48,304 nt of DNA from a virus (taxonomy: Duplodnaviria > Heunggongvirae > Uroviricota > Caudoviricetes), in the IMG/VR virus record IMGVR_UViG_2563366867_000009; one strand, 5' to 3'. This document shows positions 19,782 to 30,947 of this stretch, in pieces. Both the position numbers and the translations under genes were made by a program. The notes beneath the pieces were generated by a model. The model had not been told where the DNA came from and searched no databases. It was given only the letters and a program-made list of their open reading frames with translations. How positions within the stretch are numbered: the stretch's first letter is position 1; every line of letters starts with the position of its first letter.

Positions 19782-20519
19782 TCAGAATTTCAGGCCAATG
19801 CCTGCAAATAAACCATCAGTTTTCCAGTCGCCAGAGCCTGAGCTTTCATAAGTGACGTCCATAGTAACACTTTCATTGAAGTTAAATTGCGCGCCGACAG
19901 ACCATGCAATAGACGTTTTTTTGGTGCTGTTACTTTCAGAAAAACTACCGGCACCATGATTAAGATTGTCGTTAATTTTCAAGTCAGTGGTGACTTTTGC
20001 AACCCCCATGCCAGCCATTGCATACACACTGAGGTATTCGTTAAACCGCCACGAAGGACCGGATAGTAGACTCCAGTAATTAGCCCTGATATCAGTTCTC
20101 GCTGAAGCTGCCGGGTTTTTTACCTCTCGTGATGGATCGGAAGGCTTAACATCAATAAATGCCTGCGCATTAGTCATGGAGCGCGCCCATGTAAAAGAGG
20201 CTATAACACCCAGTTCATCAGTTATCTCGTAACGATACCTGATGCTCATCCCCAGGGGGCTTTTGGCTGTGCCGTCATGCCCCCGGGCAATAGCATTTTC
20301 GTATTCAGCTGATGAATTAAAATGGTTTACGTTTACAACATTCCTGAACGTATCCCGGTTATAAACACCCGCGTCTCTAACAAAATCCTTCAGCCCGGGG
20401 AAGCGTATGTGTGCAAACCCGAGAGATACCGTACTATCGCCTGATGCTGCATTTACCTGTGCAGTTAAGCAACTCATCACCAGAACTGCACACGCAAAAA
20501 ATTTCATGATACTTTTCAT
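19782..20519 (-). CDS. lom: Lom/Ail/PagC-family outer-membrane beta-barrel protein
   Basis: Signal peptide; segments closely resembling lambda Lom (YRYE.TD.LG, AYESSGSGDWKTDG); terminal F. Confidence 0.85.
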   Translation of the reverse strand: MKSIMKFFACAVLVMSCLTAQVNAASGDSTVSLGFAHIRFPGLKDFVRDAGVYNRDTFRNVVNVNHFNSSAEYENAIARGHDGTAKSPLGMSIRYRYEITDELGVIASFTWARSMTNAQAFIDVKPSDPSREVKNPAASARTDIRANYWSLLSGPSWRFNEYLSVYAMAGMGVAKVTTDLKINDNLNHGAGSFSESNSTKKTSIAWSVGAQFNFNESVTMDVTYESSGSGDWKTDGLFAGIGLKF

Positions 20520-20598
20520 TTTAAGTATTTCTCTGAATTAAAGGATGCGATGTCTGAAAGGAACGCTTTCGTTTTACACTATTAAAGTTTTTCTTACG

Positions 20599-21225
20599 CT
20601 AATCATATATTGAGGAATTAATAACCAGAACTTTATCTATATACGGCTTTCGGATATCCCATGTTGCACCACCGGAATAATGCTCACAGGAATATATTTT
20701 ATTTCCTGTAGCACCAGTGGATGTGGTGTAAATCGGTCGGTCATAAGGTGTTCGTTTCCAGTTATAATATCCAACCAGTGCAGGCATAATTGCGCATGGA
20801 TATCCAAGGTCCTTCTCAAACTTGATATCAACTGGTATTAACTTCGCGTCAAGCAGCATCATTTCGCCATGGTAAATCATCTCACCCGACGGGTTATACA
20901 TGGCGATACCATACTCAGAAGGTTGAGTAACCATATTCGCAAAAGCATAAACAGTCGTAACACCGGGATTCGTTCCCCTGACAATTTGATGAAGCCTTAA
21001 GGCATGATATCCATCAATTTGTTCATGCGTGTACATAACATCGGCCTTTTTCTCTGTTCTGATAAAGAAAAAACAACTTTTTCCTGACGGGATTGACGTT
21101 TTAAAAAAAGCCTTCTCAGTCGCCGGAATAGTTCCCTTATTGATCAGACACTGAGGCGTAAACCCCGGGCTTATCCACAAGCTGCCATCTGGTTTCGTAA
21201 TGCTTAAACCATACATACAACTCAC
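20599..21225 (-). CDS. hypothetical protein (208 aa), AT-rich
   Basis: ORF; start overlaps upstream ORF stop (ATGA). Confidence 0.55.
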   Translation of the reverse strand: MSCMYGLSITKPDGSLWISPGFTPQCLINKGTIPATEKAFFKTSIPSGKSCFFFIRTEKKADVMYTHEQIDGYHALRLHQIVRGTNPGVTTVYAFANMVTQPSEYGIAMYNPSGEMIYHGEMMLLDAKLIPVDIKFEKDLGYPCAIMPALVGYYNWKRTPYDRPIYTTSTGATGNKIYSCEHYSGGATWDIRKPYIDKVLVINSSIYD

Positions 21226-21503
21226 CCCCAGAATGTATAAATATATGACCCCATCCCCTGCTCAAGATTCGACCATGTCACCGTATTGCCATTAATGGTT
21301 ATCTTCGGTACTTTCCGGTCCTTAAATACATTATTCCACGGAAATAATGAACAGACTGCCTGTAATGTTTTCCCTTCTGGTTTATTCGTATACGTTTTTG
21401 ATCCCGACTCCGCCGTAAACCTGTCCAGGAAAAATATGGGAGTAAGCACGCCCGTAACATTAACATTATTTCTGTTGTATATTGCAAAACCATATTCTGC
21501 CAA
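21222..21503 (-). CDS. hypothetical protein (93 aa), AT-rich
   Basis: ORF translationally coupled to 20599..21225. Confidence 0.5.
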   Translation of the reverse strand: MAEYGFAIYNRNNVNVTGVLTPIFFLDRFTAESGSKTYTNKPEGKTLQAVCSLFPWNNVFKDRKVPKITINGNTVTWSNLEQGMGSYIYTFWG

Positions 21504-21517
21504 TGTCAGCCTCCGGC

Positions 21518-22786
21518 TCAGCTTAACCTGCCTATGCGAACAGCCAGGCGTCCGTTCTGGTCATAAACTTCAATTTTATCATTGCGGATCACCAGCCCCA
21601 CATTCTGATTAGAGTAACGAATTGTCAGTTGCCCCTGCGACGTAACACTAAAAAGGCCACCAATATTCAGGTTACCCTGAGAATCAACCTGAAAGTTCCC
21701 GTTCTGAATAACAGCACTACGGATAACAGGCGACGTGATACTTGCCCCGGCTTTTACTTCATCTGCCACAACCTTCCGCGACACCAGTGTTTCAATCACC
21801 GCGTCATAAATCATCGCTTTGGGAATAACAACTTTTCCACCTGACACCGCAAAGGGATAGGCTGTGTTATCCGGGTTGTTCGGGTCAAAGACAAACAACT
21901 GCGATGCCGAAATTGCAACCTGGCTTACCGGCTTCCCTTCACCATCTTTTCCTGCAACAATTCCGATCCCCGCAGTAATTCCCTCAACGCCGGTCTTTTT
22001 TGACCACATGGCCAGGAAAGCTTCACCGCCTTCTTTATCCACCTTAGTGATGCGCTCATTTACCTTATTAAGCTCTTCACTGGTTGACTTATTCATCCCC
22101 GTAACACGGGTATCAATACCACCGATAGTTTTCAGTGTTTCTTCCCTGAGATTACCCACAACTTCCGTCGTCTCGATTGCCGCGTCCTTTACTGCCTGCC
22201 CCTGAGCATTCTTTATTTCCTTACGCAGCTCTTCCACCACCGGTGACTTTGCAGCCTCCTCCTTGATCTGGTCAATAATGGCCTGAACGCTTATCTGGGT
22301 TTGTGCGGGAGTGCCTTTTACCGCGTTCCATGGCCCTTTCACTCCCGCTGCATTAACAAAGCGTATCCAGTAGAATCCCGACCAGCCCGGATCAACCGGA
22401 TCACCGTAAACCTGCCCCGGCGTCGTGGCAACCAGCACCGCATCCGAAAGGTCATCCTCCGTACCCCGCCAGATTTCAGTCAGTGAATGACCGCGATAAT
22501 TCGGCATATCCCATTCAAGAAGCACCGAACCAAATCCCCCGGTAGCCTTAAAATTCTGCGGCTTCGAGGGGAAATCAACGACCATCAGGCTACTGTCAAT
22601 CTCGATCCCCGGATTCAGGGCGTATGAGACACCTCCTGAAGCCCGGCGACGGGCAAGCTTCAGACCAACCAGCTCTTCACGGGTTACAAAAGCATGACGA
22701 CCATCTCCACGCTGCCCTGTGCCAATCTCCATATTTTCCACAACCGCAGATAAATCCTTTCCTGCGCGCCACGGTTTTTTTGTCAT
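21518..22786 (-). CDS. tail protein with fibronectin type III-like domain (J-like C-terminal region)
   Basis: PSKPQNFKATGGFGSVLLEWDMP FN3-like segment; 4-bp overlap with upstream gene. Confidence 0.7.
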   Translation of the reverse strand: MTKKPWRAGKDLSAVVENMEIGTGQRGDGRHAFVTREELVGLKLARRRASGGVSYALNPGIEIDSSLMVVDFPSKPQNFKATGGFGSVLLEWDMPNYRGHSLTEIWRGTEDDLSDAVLVATTPGQVYGDPVDPGWSGFYWIRFVNAAGVKGPWNAVKGTPAQTQISVQAIIDQIKEEAAKSPVVEELRKEIKNAQGQAVKDAAIETTEVVGNLREETLKTIGGIDTRVTGMNKSTSEELNKVNERITKVDKEGGEAFLAMWSKKTGVEGITAGIGIVAGKDGEGKPVSQVAISASQLFVFDPNNPDNTAYPFAVSGGKVVIPKAMIYDAVIETLVSRKVVADEVKAGASITSPVIRSAVIQNGNFQVDSQGNLNIGGLFSVTSQGQLTIRYSNQNVGLVIRNDKIEVYDQNGRLAVRIGRLS

Positions 22787-24408
22787 ACCGGCAGCTCCGA
22801 CATCGATGTACTGAGTGTGATACGTTCAACCTGACCAAAACCAGAAACCAGCATCTGCCAGTTTTGCCCGGTTGCAGCAGGTAACCTCACAACGCGTCCT
22901 GAAAAGCTTCCTGGTGCAAGGTGAATCACCGGCACATCATCAGCCAGCACAGTAATTCCCACCCGCTCTGGCGTCGGAGACTTCACACTGAGACAGGAAA
23001 AAGAGGTTCTTTCCGGAAGGGAAAATACCTTTGAATGCCATCTGATTGTCGACGGCAAACTCCCTCCGGCAATCGCAGACATGTTTTGTCCTGATACCAC
23101 CCGCATAACATCGTTAACCAGGTCAACACATGCGCAGTCAAACGGCGTACTGAGGTACCGGATATCCATGTTCGCCGGGCTGAAGACAAACACATCCTGC
23201 TTACCATCCGGTTTCGTGTAACAGGCAATGTATTCACCACGCCAGGGATAAGCCACAATGGAGGCCGGATTAAACTGACTCTGCCACTGTTCCGGTGAAA
23301 TAATCTGTTCCGTCGCCAGAGCGGCATTACCGTTTGCATCAACAGACACCAGGCCATTTGTTCCTGCATACAGCACAAAGCCCTCCATCGCGACCATACT
23401 CCGCCTGCTCAGACACGCCTGCATTGAAGGGATTCTGGAACCAGAAATTGTGGACGGTGAGACCCCACTGAACAAATAAGGCTCACCCTTTGTCGCCACC
23501 ACCAGTGATGTTCCGAGCGGACAGATAGCCACAATATCTTCTGCCGTCGTGTGACGATTCACTTCCGGCCATGCATACGGCAGATACGCTTCCGAAAACA
23601 TCACTTCATTACCGGCAAACCCGGCGGCAATACCGTTAGCCATCAGGCAAAGGCCTGTCATATTCTCTGGCGGCGGCAGGTAATCCCATGTCGCCAGCGA
23701 AGGTCCAAGGTTTTTCGCCGGTATTTTGTCCGTGTAACTGAGCACGGATGCATCCAGTTCAGCCACAAGTAAAAAATCCGCCTCCCCTCCACCTGATGCA
23801 GAACGATAAATACGACGACGTTTAATACTGGCATTCTGCAATGGCACCGGAGCCAGCGTCAGTTGTACCGCAGTTCCCGGAGTACGGAGTGTTACCTCCA
23901 GAGACGCCGGACCTGGCGGACCTTCTTCACCATAATCTGAGACAAAGGTTTCCGTATAAAACCGGGTTTCATCATCATTCGGGTTATCGTCAGAAACATC
24001 ACCGCCCTGCTGAACAGTACAGACAGGAGCTGTCGTCGGCGCGGGGATCCCCAGACGATACGATGATGTCGGGTGATTCCCGTCCCCTTTTGTGGCAATG
24101 GTCGCATCCGTCACTTTAGGAAAACGCCCGTCAGTGTAGTAAATACGCCCGTGGGGGTCCTGAGCGATCGGACTGCGGATCACATCCACCACATCCGGCC
24201 ATGCAAACCAGAAATCGTCACGGTAATGAAAAATTGTTTTTGGCTTAATTGTGAATGTTTTCTCAACCCCGGATATCTGACGTTCTGGTGTAATAACACC
24301 AAACCGGAAATGGCAGTCCTCCGCCAGTACAGCGGAATGCTCGGGCAGCATGGATGTCACAACGCGCGGCATCATCCCACGCATCGTGGTGATATCGATA
24401 TAGGGCAT
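22783..24408 (-). CDS. hypothetical tail/virion protein (about 541 aa)
   Basis: Start chosen at MPYIDI with AAGGA Shine-Dalgarno; the ORF track start at 24486 is probably too long. Confidence 0.65.
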   Translation of the reverse strand: MPYIDITTMRGMMPRVVTSMLPEHSAVLAEDCHFRFGVITPERQISGVEKTFTIKPKTIFHYRDDFWFAWPDVVDVIRSPIAQDPHGRIYYTDGRFPKVTDATIATKGDGNHPTSSYRLGIPAPTTAPVCTVQQGGDVSDDNPNDDETRFYTETFVSDYGEEGPPGPASLEVTLRTPGTAVQLTLAPVPLQNASIKRRRIYRSASGGGEADFLLVAELDASVLSYTDKIPAKNLGPSLATWDYLPPPENMTGLCLMANGIAAGFAGNEVMFSEAYLPYAWPEVNRHTTAEDIVAICPLGTSLVVATKGEPYLFSGVSPSTISGSRIPSMQACLSRRSMVAMEGFVLYAGTNGLVSVDANGNAALATEQIISPEQWQSQFNPASIVAYPWRGEYIACYTKPDGKQDVFVFSPANMDIRYLSTPFDCACVDLVNDVMRVVSGQNMSAIAGGSLPSTIRWHSKVFSLPERTSFSCLSVKSPTPERVGITVLADDVPVIHLAPGSFSGRVVRLPAATGQNWQMLVSGFGQVERITLSTSMSELPV

Positions 24409-24564
24409 AGAAATTCCTTTGACTGCTTCAGGCTTAAAAATCAGGGGATTTATGATGGAATTCGCTAAAATCGCGATCGGTATCACTGCAACAGAGTGTT
24501 GCTATGATATTCTGGACAAGACGTAACAACTCACTAATTGTTATCAAACGTCTTTCTTCTGGTC

Positions 24565-24590
24565 GGGGAGCATGTTGCTCCCCTTTTTTT
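24565..24590 (+). terminator. strong plus-oriented hairpin terminator
   Basis: GGGGAGC-atgtt-GCTCCCC followed by T7 on the plus strand; abuts the stop of the small ORF. Confidence 0.5.
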
Positions 24591-24720
24591 ACTGCATTAC
24601 CACCGCAGCTGTAGCAACAAGAGCCAGCACACCACCAAGCCACACAAACAGCATGAAGCACATTGCGCCTGTGGTGTAACGTTTTCTCCCGTATCTCCGG
24701 TCTCTGTCTTTGTTCATCAT
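24589..24720 (-). CDS. small membrane protein, about 43 aa, paralog of 4492..4617
   Basis: Start at internal MMNKDRD; conserved core GAMCFMLFVWLGGV. Confidence 0.4.
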   Translation of the reverse strand: MMNKDRDRRYGRKRYTTGAMCFMLFVWLGGVLALVATAAVVMQ

Positions 24721-24770
24721 CTGCACCTTCTGAATCATCAGAAGATGCCGCGCATCCGGCAGGACCGCCA

Positions 24771-25241
24771 TCAGGCACCAACAAGCCGTCTGACGCTCAC
24801 ACCATACAGCCCGTTTTTCGCCATTCCCGTATACAGAAAGGTATTCACCGTCTTTGTGTTAATACCCATCTCACTGGCAAGGCGGCAGGGTCTCGACTGG
24901 CGGTAGACATAACCGAACATCACCACCATCTCTGACATCGTCAGCGGGCGGGCAGCACTGTTATACGTCCAGACGCCGTTGTGTATGGCATCACTTATCT
25001 GCTCACCATCACGGAGCAACTCCGCATCCAGTTGCAGAAAATGACGCCCCTGGAACATACAGCGCATCAGCCTGCCCAGCAGGCCATCACTGATTATCAG
25101 CCAGGATTCGTCAAAGTCCGGGATATAACGGCGGTTCTCCGGCAGGAAAAACTCCCTCGCCAGTATCACACTGTGCCCCTTCAGTAACGCCTGCAGACCA
25201 TACTCCAGATAGCGGTTCCTGGTAGCCAGAATCACCTTCAT
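24771..25241 (-). CDS. LuxR/GerE-type HTH transcriptional regulator, copy 2
   Basis: Start MKVILATR preceded by AGGAAGG Shine-Dalgarno; C-terminal HTH. Confidence 0.65.
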   Translation of the reverse strand: MKVILATRNRYLEYGLQALLKGHSVILAREFFLPENRRYIPDFDESWLIISDGLLGRLMRCMFQGRHFLQLDAELLRDGEQISDAIHNGVWTYNSAARPLTMSEMVVMFGYVYRQSRPCRLASEMGINTKTVNTFLYTGMAKNGLYGVSVRRLVGA

Positions 25242-25329
25242 CGCAGCACCTTCCTGTTTTTTATGCCCCATGAAAAACGGCAGACCAGAGTCCTGCGCCT
25301 GCCGCCATACTTCATGTCACTTTCAGCAA

Positions 25330-26841
25330 TTAAAACTCGAAGTTAACGCCCATGTTGTAGGACACATCGCCATCACTCGCTGCAATACCCGCTTTCGCTG
25401 CGGTCTGCTCGTTGAAACGGTAACCAACACCCACGGCAACAGCCTGTTTATCACTGTACCCCCCCAGGGCAGCAGTGGCGTTGAATTTCCCCACACTGTA
25501 CGGCTGGAAAAGCCCCGCCAGCGCTGCACTCTGTGCTGCTGCACGCTTCATCTCTTCGTGATTCTCACGAATTTGACGCTGCTGACTGTTCAGGCGTGCA
25601 TTATGCTCCTGCAACTGGCGAGTATTGGACTGAATAGCCTGTGTATTTTTAGTAACCCGGCGGTCAACGCTACCAACTGCATAATCAATACGGTCTGTTC
25701 TGCCAGACAGAGCAACGAGACCATCATTGACGGCGATAGTTTTAGTCGCACCTTCTGCACGGGTAAGTTTTCCGTCAGGGTTCACACCAACTGTCGTTCT
25801 GGAGTCTGTATATTCACGAGACTTTTTCGCTTCGACTACAAGGCGGGTATTCGTATCCTGAGCCAGTTGCTCAACACTGTCTTTTACACGGTCAACCTGA
25901 CGAACGGTTGCAGCATCTGAGGGACGAGTACCGTCACTCAGACCACCAAGCACCCGGGTTTTATAAGCCTTACCCGGCTCTGCTTCATAACCGATATAAA
26001 CCTCATTGTCACGGGTTGTGCGTGAATTAGCTCCTAATGCAACACTGTTTTTATTTGTTACTGTTGCCTTTGCCCCTAACGCAGTACCTTCTGTTGCATT
26101 TTTATCCACTTTTGCTTTGGCTCCTAATGCAACACCTTCAGTTGCATTTTCATCCACTTTTGCGTAATTACCTATAGCGGTACCATAAATAGCAGAACCA
26201 TCAACATAAGCAGCTGTTCCGGCGGCTGTTGAAGCATCTGCATAGGCATATGCTCCCACTCCCAGAGCTGTACTTTGTTTACCGTCCGCAGCAGCCCATG
26301 AGCCCACTGCTGTTGCAAATTTTTTATCCGCTCTGGCCCCTGTACCAACAGCTACTGAGAACTCACCAGAGGCTTTCGCATCGCTACCCAGAGAAACCTT
26401 CCCATTCTCCCCATCTTCGACGCTGAAACCTGTAATTTTTGTTCTCTGCAGACTGTATACTTTGTTATATACATCACGAACAACGCTATCAGTCATTCTG
26501 TGCGACTGAGACGGTCCATTCTTTTTTTTCTCAGCTGTTTGAGCAAAATCGTTCAGCGCACCGTCATGAATTGTGTACGTAATGCCACTGCCATTGATTA
26601 TTACATCCCCATTTGAATCAAATGTGAAAAGTGTCCTCTTGCCGTTGTTCTTCTCTTTTACTTCGTATTTGAAGTTACCATTATCGCCTGTCTTTACAAC
26701 TTCATAGGTATTCCCCCATTTATTGTTACCTGTGGCATACGGCACTGTGTATTTTTCTTCCTGCGCACTCACCCCACCACTCATCACCAGAAGCCCGGCC
26801 AGAGAAGATGACAGGAGTGTCATTGTAAACTTTTTACTCAT
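25330..26841 (-). CDS. Eib-like trimeric autotransporter adhesin (immunoglobulin-binding family), intact, 503 aa
   Basis: Signal peptide; repetitive head; coiled-coil stalk; YadA-like anchor ending YNMGVNFEF. Confidence 0.9.
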   Translation of the reverse strand: MSKKFTMTLLSSSLAGLLVMSGGVSAQEEKYTVPYATGNNKWGNTYEVVKTGDNGNFKYEVKEKNNGKRTLFTFDSNGDVIINGSGITYTIHDGALNDFAQTAEKKKNGPSQSHRMTDSVVRDVYNKVYSLQRTKITGFSVEDGENGKVSLGSDAKASGEFSVAVGTGARADKKFATAVGSWAAADGKQSTALGVGAYAYADASTAAGTAAYVDGSAIYGTAIGNYAKVDENATEGVALGAKAKVDKNATEGTALGAKATVTNKNSVALGANSRTTRDNEVYIGYEAEPGKAYKTRVLGGLSDGTRPSDAATVRQVDRVKDSVEQLAQDTNTRLVVEAKKSREYTDSRTTVGVNPDGKLTRAEGATKTIAVNDGLVALSGRTDRIDYAVGSVDRRVTKNTQAIQSNTRQLQEHNARLNSQQRQIRENHEEMKRAAAQSAALAGLFQPYSVGKFNATAALGGYSDKQAVAVGVGYRFNEQTAAKAGIAASDGDVSYNMGVNFEF

Positions 26842-27128
26842 TATGGATATCCTGTTAAATTATCTGTATACAAATCAGCCGCAACACCTCACACTCATAA
26901 AAAAGTCTGATTAATTACGGCTTTTTTCAGGATATTCCGAAAATAAATTTAAAAATTAATTTTATAAATTTAGGATTTGTCTTACATTATTCTGGGCATA
27001 CCTGCTCACGCATACGACCACACCGCCGGAACAGATATCAGAAAAAACTTACCCCAGTCAGACTTGCTGTTTCACATCTGCTTACACTGTAATTTGTGAA
27101 CAAAATTACAACATCAGAAAAAATTAAC
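26842..27128 (-). promoter_or_regulatory. conserved 5' regulatory region of the eib-like gene, copy 2
   Basis: Near-identical to 7419..7703. Confidence 0.45.
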
Positions 27129-27204
27129 TATTCAGTTAACATAAAATATTTACAGGAGGAATAGTTCATGAGGGAAAGAAATGTTTCCCCCATATTTTTA
27201 TCTG

Positions 27205-27786
27205 TTATTCCTGTGCCCAGCCAACCCTGTATGCCAGTATCTCATCCGCACTGGTCAGCTTTTCCAGCTCTTTCTTCATGGTGCGCTGCCGGACGTGGAT
27301 TTCCATCCCTTTGGTAAACATCGCCTGCTCTGCAGCAGCACTCAGAGCAATCAGTGTTTCAGCGTCCATCGGTACGTCATTATTGTCCGCATCCGTCCAG
27401 AAAAACGCCTCCGGCAGTTTCCCCGCTTTCGCTGCCGCCACCGACGGCTCAAGACGCGTCTGCGTTGACTTCCCGTAGTCCCATTTACGCCCATTGTGCT
27501 CAAACGTGTAGTTCGCCGCTTCCATCGCATTACGCCAGGCGTTGATCCCGGCGGTTTTGAGTTCTCTGGCTTTTTCCGGGCTGATGGATGGCTGTACATA
27601 TTCTGCAATTTCACCGGCCTCTCCTCTCAGACAAGCGGCATAAATATCCCGCCCGTATGCTTCGGTATCGCTGGCTGTTGCAGTGAAAGGAACCGCCTGC
27701 TCAATGTGCTCAAACTTCACCATGCAATTGACAGCAGTGTGCTCTTTATCTGCCCATTGCGGATTGCTTATTTTTTCCACATTCAT
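27205..27786 (-). CDS. tail fiber assembly (Tfa-like) protein
   Basis: Immediately downstream of the tail fiber gene; start at MNVEK with AGGAG Shine-Dalgarno. Confidence 0.55.
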   Translation of the reverse strand: MNVEKISNPQWADKEHTAVNCMVKFEHIEQAVPFTATASDTEAYGRDIYAACLRGEAGEIAEYVQPSISPEKARELKTAGINAWRNAMEAANYTFEHNGRKWDYGKSTQTRLEPSVAAAKAGKLPEAFFWTDADNNDVPMDAETLIALSAAAEQAMFTKGMEIHVRQRTMKKELEKLTSADEILAYRVGWAQE

Positions 27787-27802
27787 GTTCATCTCCTGTC
27801 TG

Positions 27803-29737
27803 TCAGTATGCGCGCTGGAACAGCCCGATGCTTTCATTGTCATTTGTCGACGTAATTTCATTACACACCATCCATGAGCCCGGAACTGAGGATAGGTTGC
27901 CGTCAATGCCATCGGTGTTAGCTTTCATATAGTTTCCGTTTTCGTCTTTGATTAGGGCGCATCGCTTAAGGCGTGAACCCGATACAGTTTCTCCTGGCTG
28001 ATAGGTTCTGCCGATGTCGGTTATATACGGGGCTAGTGCGGCAATAATGTATGTTCCGATGCTGTAAATTTCCCCGGGTACCAGCCTTCCGGTTGGCCCT
28101 TGTGGTCCCTGTGGTCCGGGTTCACCTGTCGGGCCCTGTGGACCTGTCGGGCCCTGTCTTCCTGTTTCTCCCTGCAAACCTCGTGGCCCCGTTTTACCCG
28201 CAGGACCTGCCGGACCAACCGGCCCCGGAACACCCTGTGCCCCCGCTGGACCCCTTTCACCTCGTGGCCCTGCCGGGCCTGCATCACCTTTGGGACCAGC
28301 TGCACCAGCCGGTCCCCGTGGGCCTGCGGGCCCCACTGCACCAGGTGCGCCAGGTTCCCCCCTGTCCCCCTTCGGTCCGGGGACTGCTGCCCGGGTTGCT
28401 GCCTCTTCTGCCTTCGTTTTTGCTGCCTGCACTTCTGCCATTACCGCTTTCACAGCCTTTGGGGTTGCCGCTTTTGTTTCATCATCGCTGTTGGTATCGC
28501 TGCTCAGCTGTACAACACCTTTCTGTGATGTGCTGGCATCCGGAACACTGGCGACACTGCCTGCGGGACCCGCAGGACCTGCGGGGCCGGTTTCTCCCCG
28601 AGGGCCTGCGGGACCTGCCGGACCTGTTGCGCCGGGTTCACCTTTATCCCCTTTCGGGCCGGTTTGCCCTGCCGGACCCTGTGGTCCGGGTGGTCCGGCC
28701 TCTCCACGTGGGCCGGTGTCACCTTTCGGCCCCGGCTCACCTCTCGGACCAGCATCCCCCTTTGGTCCCTGAGGCCCCCCCGGGTCTCCTTTTTCGCCTC
28801 TGGCCCCGGTTTCACCACGCGGCCCCATTGCTCCCTGTGGCCCGGTCGCACCACGTGGGCCAGATGGCCCTGTTGCGCCAGCTGGCCCCTGCACTCCCTG
28901 AGGTCCCCGTTCTCCTGTATCACCTTTCTGGCCCGGTATGCCCTGAGGTCCGCGCTCTCCCTGCTCACCTTTCTCCCCACGCGGACCCGCCGGACCTGTT
29001 TCACCACGAGGACCAGCATCACCTTTCGGCCCTGTATCGCCTTTAGGTCCTCGTGCATTCTCAGCCATACGTCTGGCTTCTTCAGCACTAACTGTAGCAG
29101 CCTCAGCACGTTTAAGAACGTCTCCGGCGGCCTCCTGAGCCACTCTGGCGGTTTCAGCATGTCGTCTGGCCTCTTTAGCGTCAGCTGCCGCTGCCTTTTC
29201 AGACTCACCTGCCCGGGTCGCCGCCTCTGCAGCCTCACTGGCTTTTTGTGCAGACTCCGTCGCTTTGCTGGTCGCAGCCTTCGCGCTTTCTGATGCAGTC
29301 TTCGCACTGGCAGCAGCGCTTTCCTTCGACTGTGAAGCCTGATTATTTTTCACCGCCGTGTCTTCGTTCAGACGACGAATCGTGGCAAGGTCATCCGCCA
29401 CATTGTTCTGTATCTGCCGGAAATCTGTCAGCAGTTCTCCGGGTATGCTCACCTCAACAAGACTGCGGCGTAACAGCATATTGAGCGTCACCGTACTTTC
29501 AGTCCCCTCAATACGCACACGTCCGTAGACAGCAGTCTTCCCTTTCACCGTCACAGAAACCGCATACTCCCCCGGCTCCAGCGTCATTCCGTAATACCCG
29601 CCGTCACGAGTCACTGCTGACGCACTGGTGCCGCTGAGCGCATCCGGTGAAACTGTCAGCGCCGTCAGGGTAATATTTGCGCCTGATATCGCCTCACCAT
29701 CAGGAGATTTCAGCGTCCCCGAAACAACAACACTCAC
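27803..29737 (-). CDS. tail fiber protein with collagen-like G-X-Y repeats
   Basis: N-terminal prophage tail-fiber domain, Ala/Glu-rich coiled coil, two long G-X-Y blocks, distinct C-terminal tip. Confidence 0.85.
   Translation of the reverse strand: MSVVVSGTLKSPDGEAISGANITLTALTVSPDALSGTSASAVTRDGGYYGMTLEPGEYAVSVTVKGKTAVYGRVRIEGTESTVTLNMLLRRSLVEVSIPGELLTDFRQIQNNVADDLATIRRLNEDTAVKNNQASQSKESAAASAKTASESAKAATSKATESAQKASEAAEAATRAGESEKAAAADAKEARRHAETARVAQEAAGDVLKRAEAATVSAEEARRMAENARGPKGDTGPKGDAGPRGETGPAGPRGEKGEQGERGPQGIPGQKGDTGERGPQGVQGPAGATGPSGPRGATGPQGAMGPRGETGARGEKGDPGGPQGPKGDAGPRGEPGPKGDTGPRGEAGPPGPQGPAGQTGPKGDKGEPGATGPAGPAGPRGETGPAGPAGPAGSVASVPDASTSQKGVVQLSSDTNSDDETKAATPKAVKAVMAEVQAAKTKAEEAATRAAVPGPKGDRGEPGAPGAVGPAGPRGPAGAAGPKGDAGPAGPRGERGPAGAQGVPGPVGPAGPAGKTGPRGLQGETGRQGPTGPQGPTGEPGPQGPQGPTGRLVPGEIYSIGTYIIAALAPYITDIGRTYQPGETVSGSRLKRCALIKDENGNYMKANTDGIDGNLSSVPGSWMVCNEITSTNDNESIGLFQRAY
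28080..29060. repeat. collagen-like triplet repeat region within the tail fiber gene (approximate bounds)
   Basis: Periodic GGN/CCN triplets; stop-free antisense frames. Confidence 0.7.
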
Positions 29738-30384
29738 ATTCCACCTCCGTTAAACACCTTCTTGCGGGCAGACAATGCACTGTCTGCACCCTGTTTAATC
29801 CCGAGCTGCTCAACAAAACTCTGATAATGTTGTGCTGCCAGTCCTGACTCTGCACCACCGGCTGCATCCTTGCTGAATGCACGAAACAACATCCAGTCAA
29901 CCAGCGGGTTAACATAAGCCTCTTCCAGCGGTACAGGCGTGTCATCATCCTGCGTCAGAACATACACCGCCTCCGGAATGCGGCTGACCACAGCATCAAC
30001 ACTCACAGCCTCCTCCGGTGCCGGAAACAGCCAGAACACGCGCGGGGCAAGGTCACTGCTGATAAAGCATTCCGGTTTCCCCCTCAGCATGTGCCAGTCG
30101 GGATACTGTGCATCAAGCACCTCACGGGATTGCGGTTTTATAGCACTGCCATCGCTGAGGCATATCACGTCAAGAAGCTGTATTGCGCCATCAGGCAAAG
30201 TCTGACGTGCACCAGGAACACAATTCAGCGTCTCCAGACTTGCGCCTGCATCCGGCCTTGCCAGAATCACCGCCCGCACAGCATCATTGTAATAATCACA
30301 CAGCTCAGCCAGAGGCCAGCGCACCATCATCGGGTCAACCAGTTGCGTGTTCACTCGTCCGATGATTTCAGTAATCGTCGTCAT
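29734..30384 (-). CDS. hypothetical phage structural protein (216 aa)
   Basis: ORF in structural operon, 4-bp overlap with neighbour. Confidence 0.6.
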   Translation of the reverse strand: MTTITEIIGRVNTQLVDPMMVRWPLAELCDYYNDAVRAVILARPDAGASLETLNCVPGARQTLPDGAIQLLDVICLSDGSAIKPQSREVLDAQYPDWHMLRGKPECFISSDLAPRVFWLFPAPEEAVSVDAVVSRIPEAVYVLTQDDDTPVPLEEAYVNPLVDWMLFRAFSKDAAGGAESGLAAQHYQSFVEQLGIKQGADSALSARKKVFNGGGM

Positions 30385-30947
30385 CAGTAAAACCTTTGTC
30401 TGCGGACAGGATTGCGGTATGAGGAGTACGGACTTGTCGCCAGTGTGTCGCGATATGCCCGACGGATACCCTCAGAAAACAGCACAGAGAAATACTGTGC
30501 GCGCGACGGGTCTGACCATGAAACCCCGGTCTGCATGAACAACCGTTCAAGCGCCCCTGCAGCCACTTCTTCAGACCATGCCCGCAGTTCATCCTGCACC
30601 TGACGGCTCCCTGCTTTCGGAGCAACGGCATAAAGCACACTCACCTCTCCGGGCGAACAGGCAAAATGCATTACCCGCCCCGGGCGGATTTCCACATCAT
30701 GACCGGCAAAAAGCTCACGCCCGTCAGCGAGGATACGAATAATATGTACGCACTCTTCATTCTCCGCGTCATATGGCAGCACACAGTCCTCTCCGGCTGA
30801 CGGTGACAGCGTGGCTTCACGGCGGCACAACAGGGACTGACGGCAGAATGCCACTGCCGACATGGATAATGCATCCGTCATCATAATGCTCAGCGGACCG
30901 CTGATATGGCGACGGACATACGGTAAAAAATCAGTCAGTTCCGCCAT
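30384..30947 (-). CDS. hypothetical phage structural protein
   Basis: Start chosen at MAELTDF; ORF-track start probably too far upstream. Confidence 0.5.
   Translation of the reverse strand: MAELTDFLPYVRRHISGPLSIMMTDALSMSAVAFCRQSLLCRREATLSPSAGEDCVLPYDAENEECVHIIRILADGRELFAGHDVEIRPGRVMHFACSPGEVSVLYAVAPKAGSRQVQDELRAWSEEVAAGALERLFMQTGVSWSDPSRAQYFSVLFSEGIRRAYRDTLATSPYSSYRNPVRRQRFY

Noticed and set aside
28051..29307. Long plus-strand and alternative-frame ORFs (up to 331 aa) overlapping the tail fiber gene
   Set aside because: They are stop-free antisense or shifted frames of the GC-rich collagen triplet repeats; products are Pro/Leu/Arg low-complexity with no start context.
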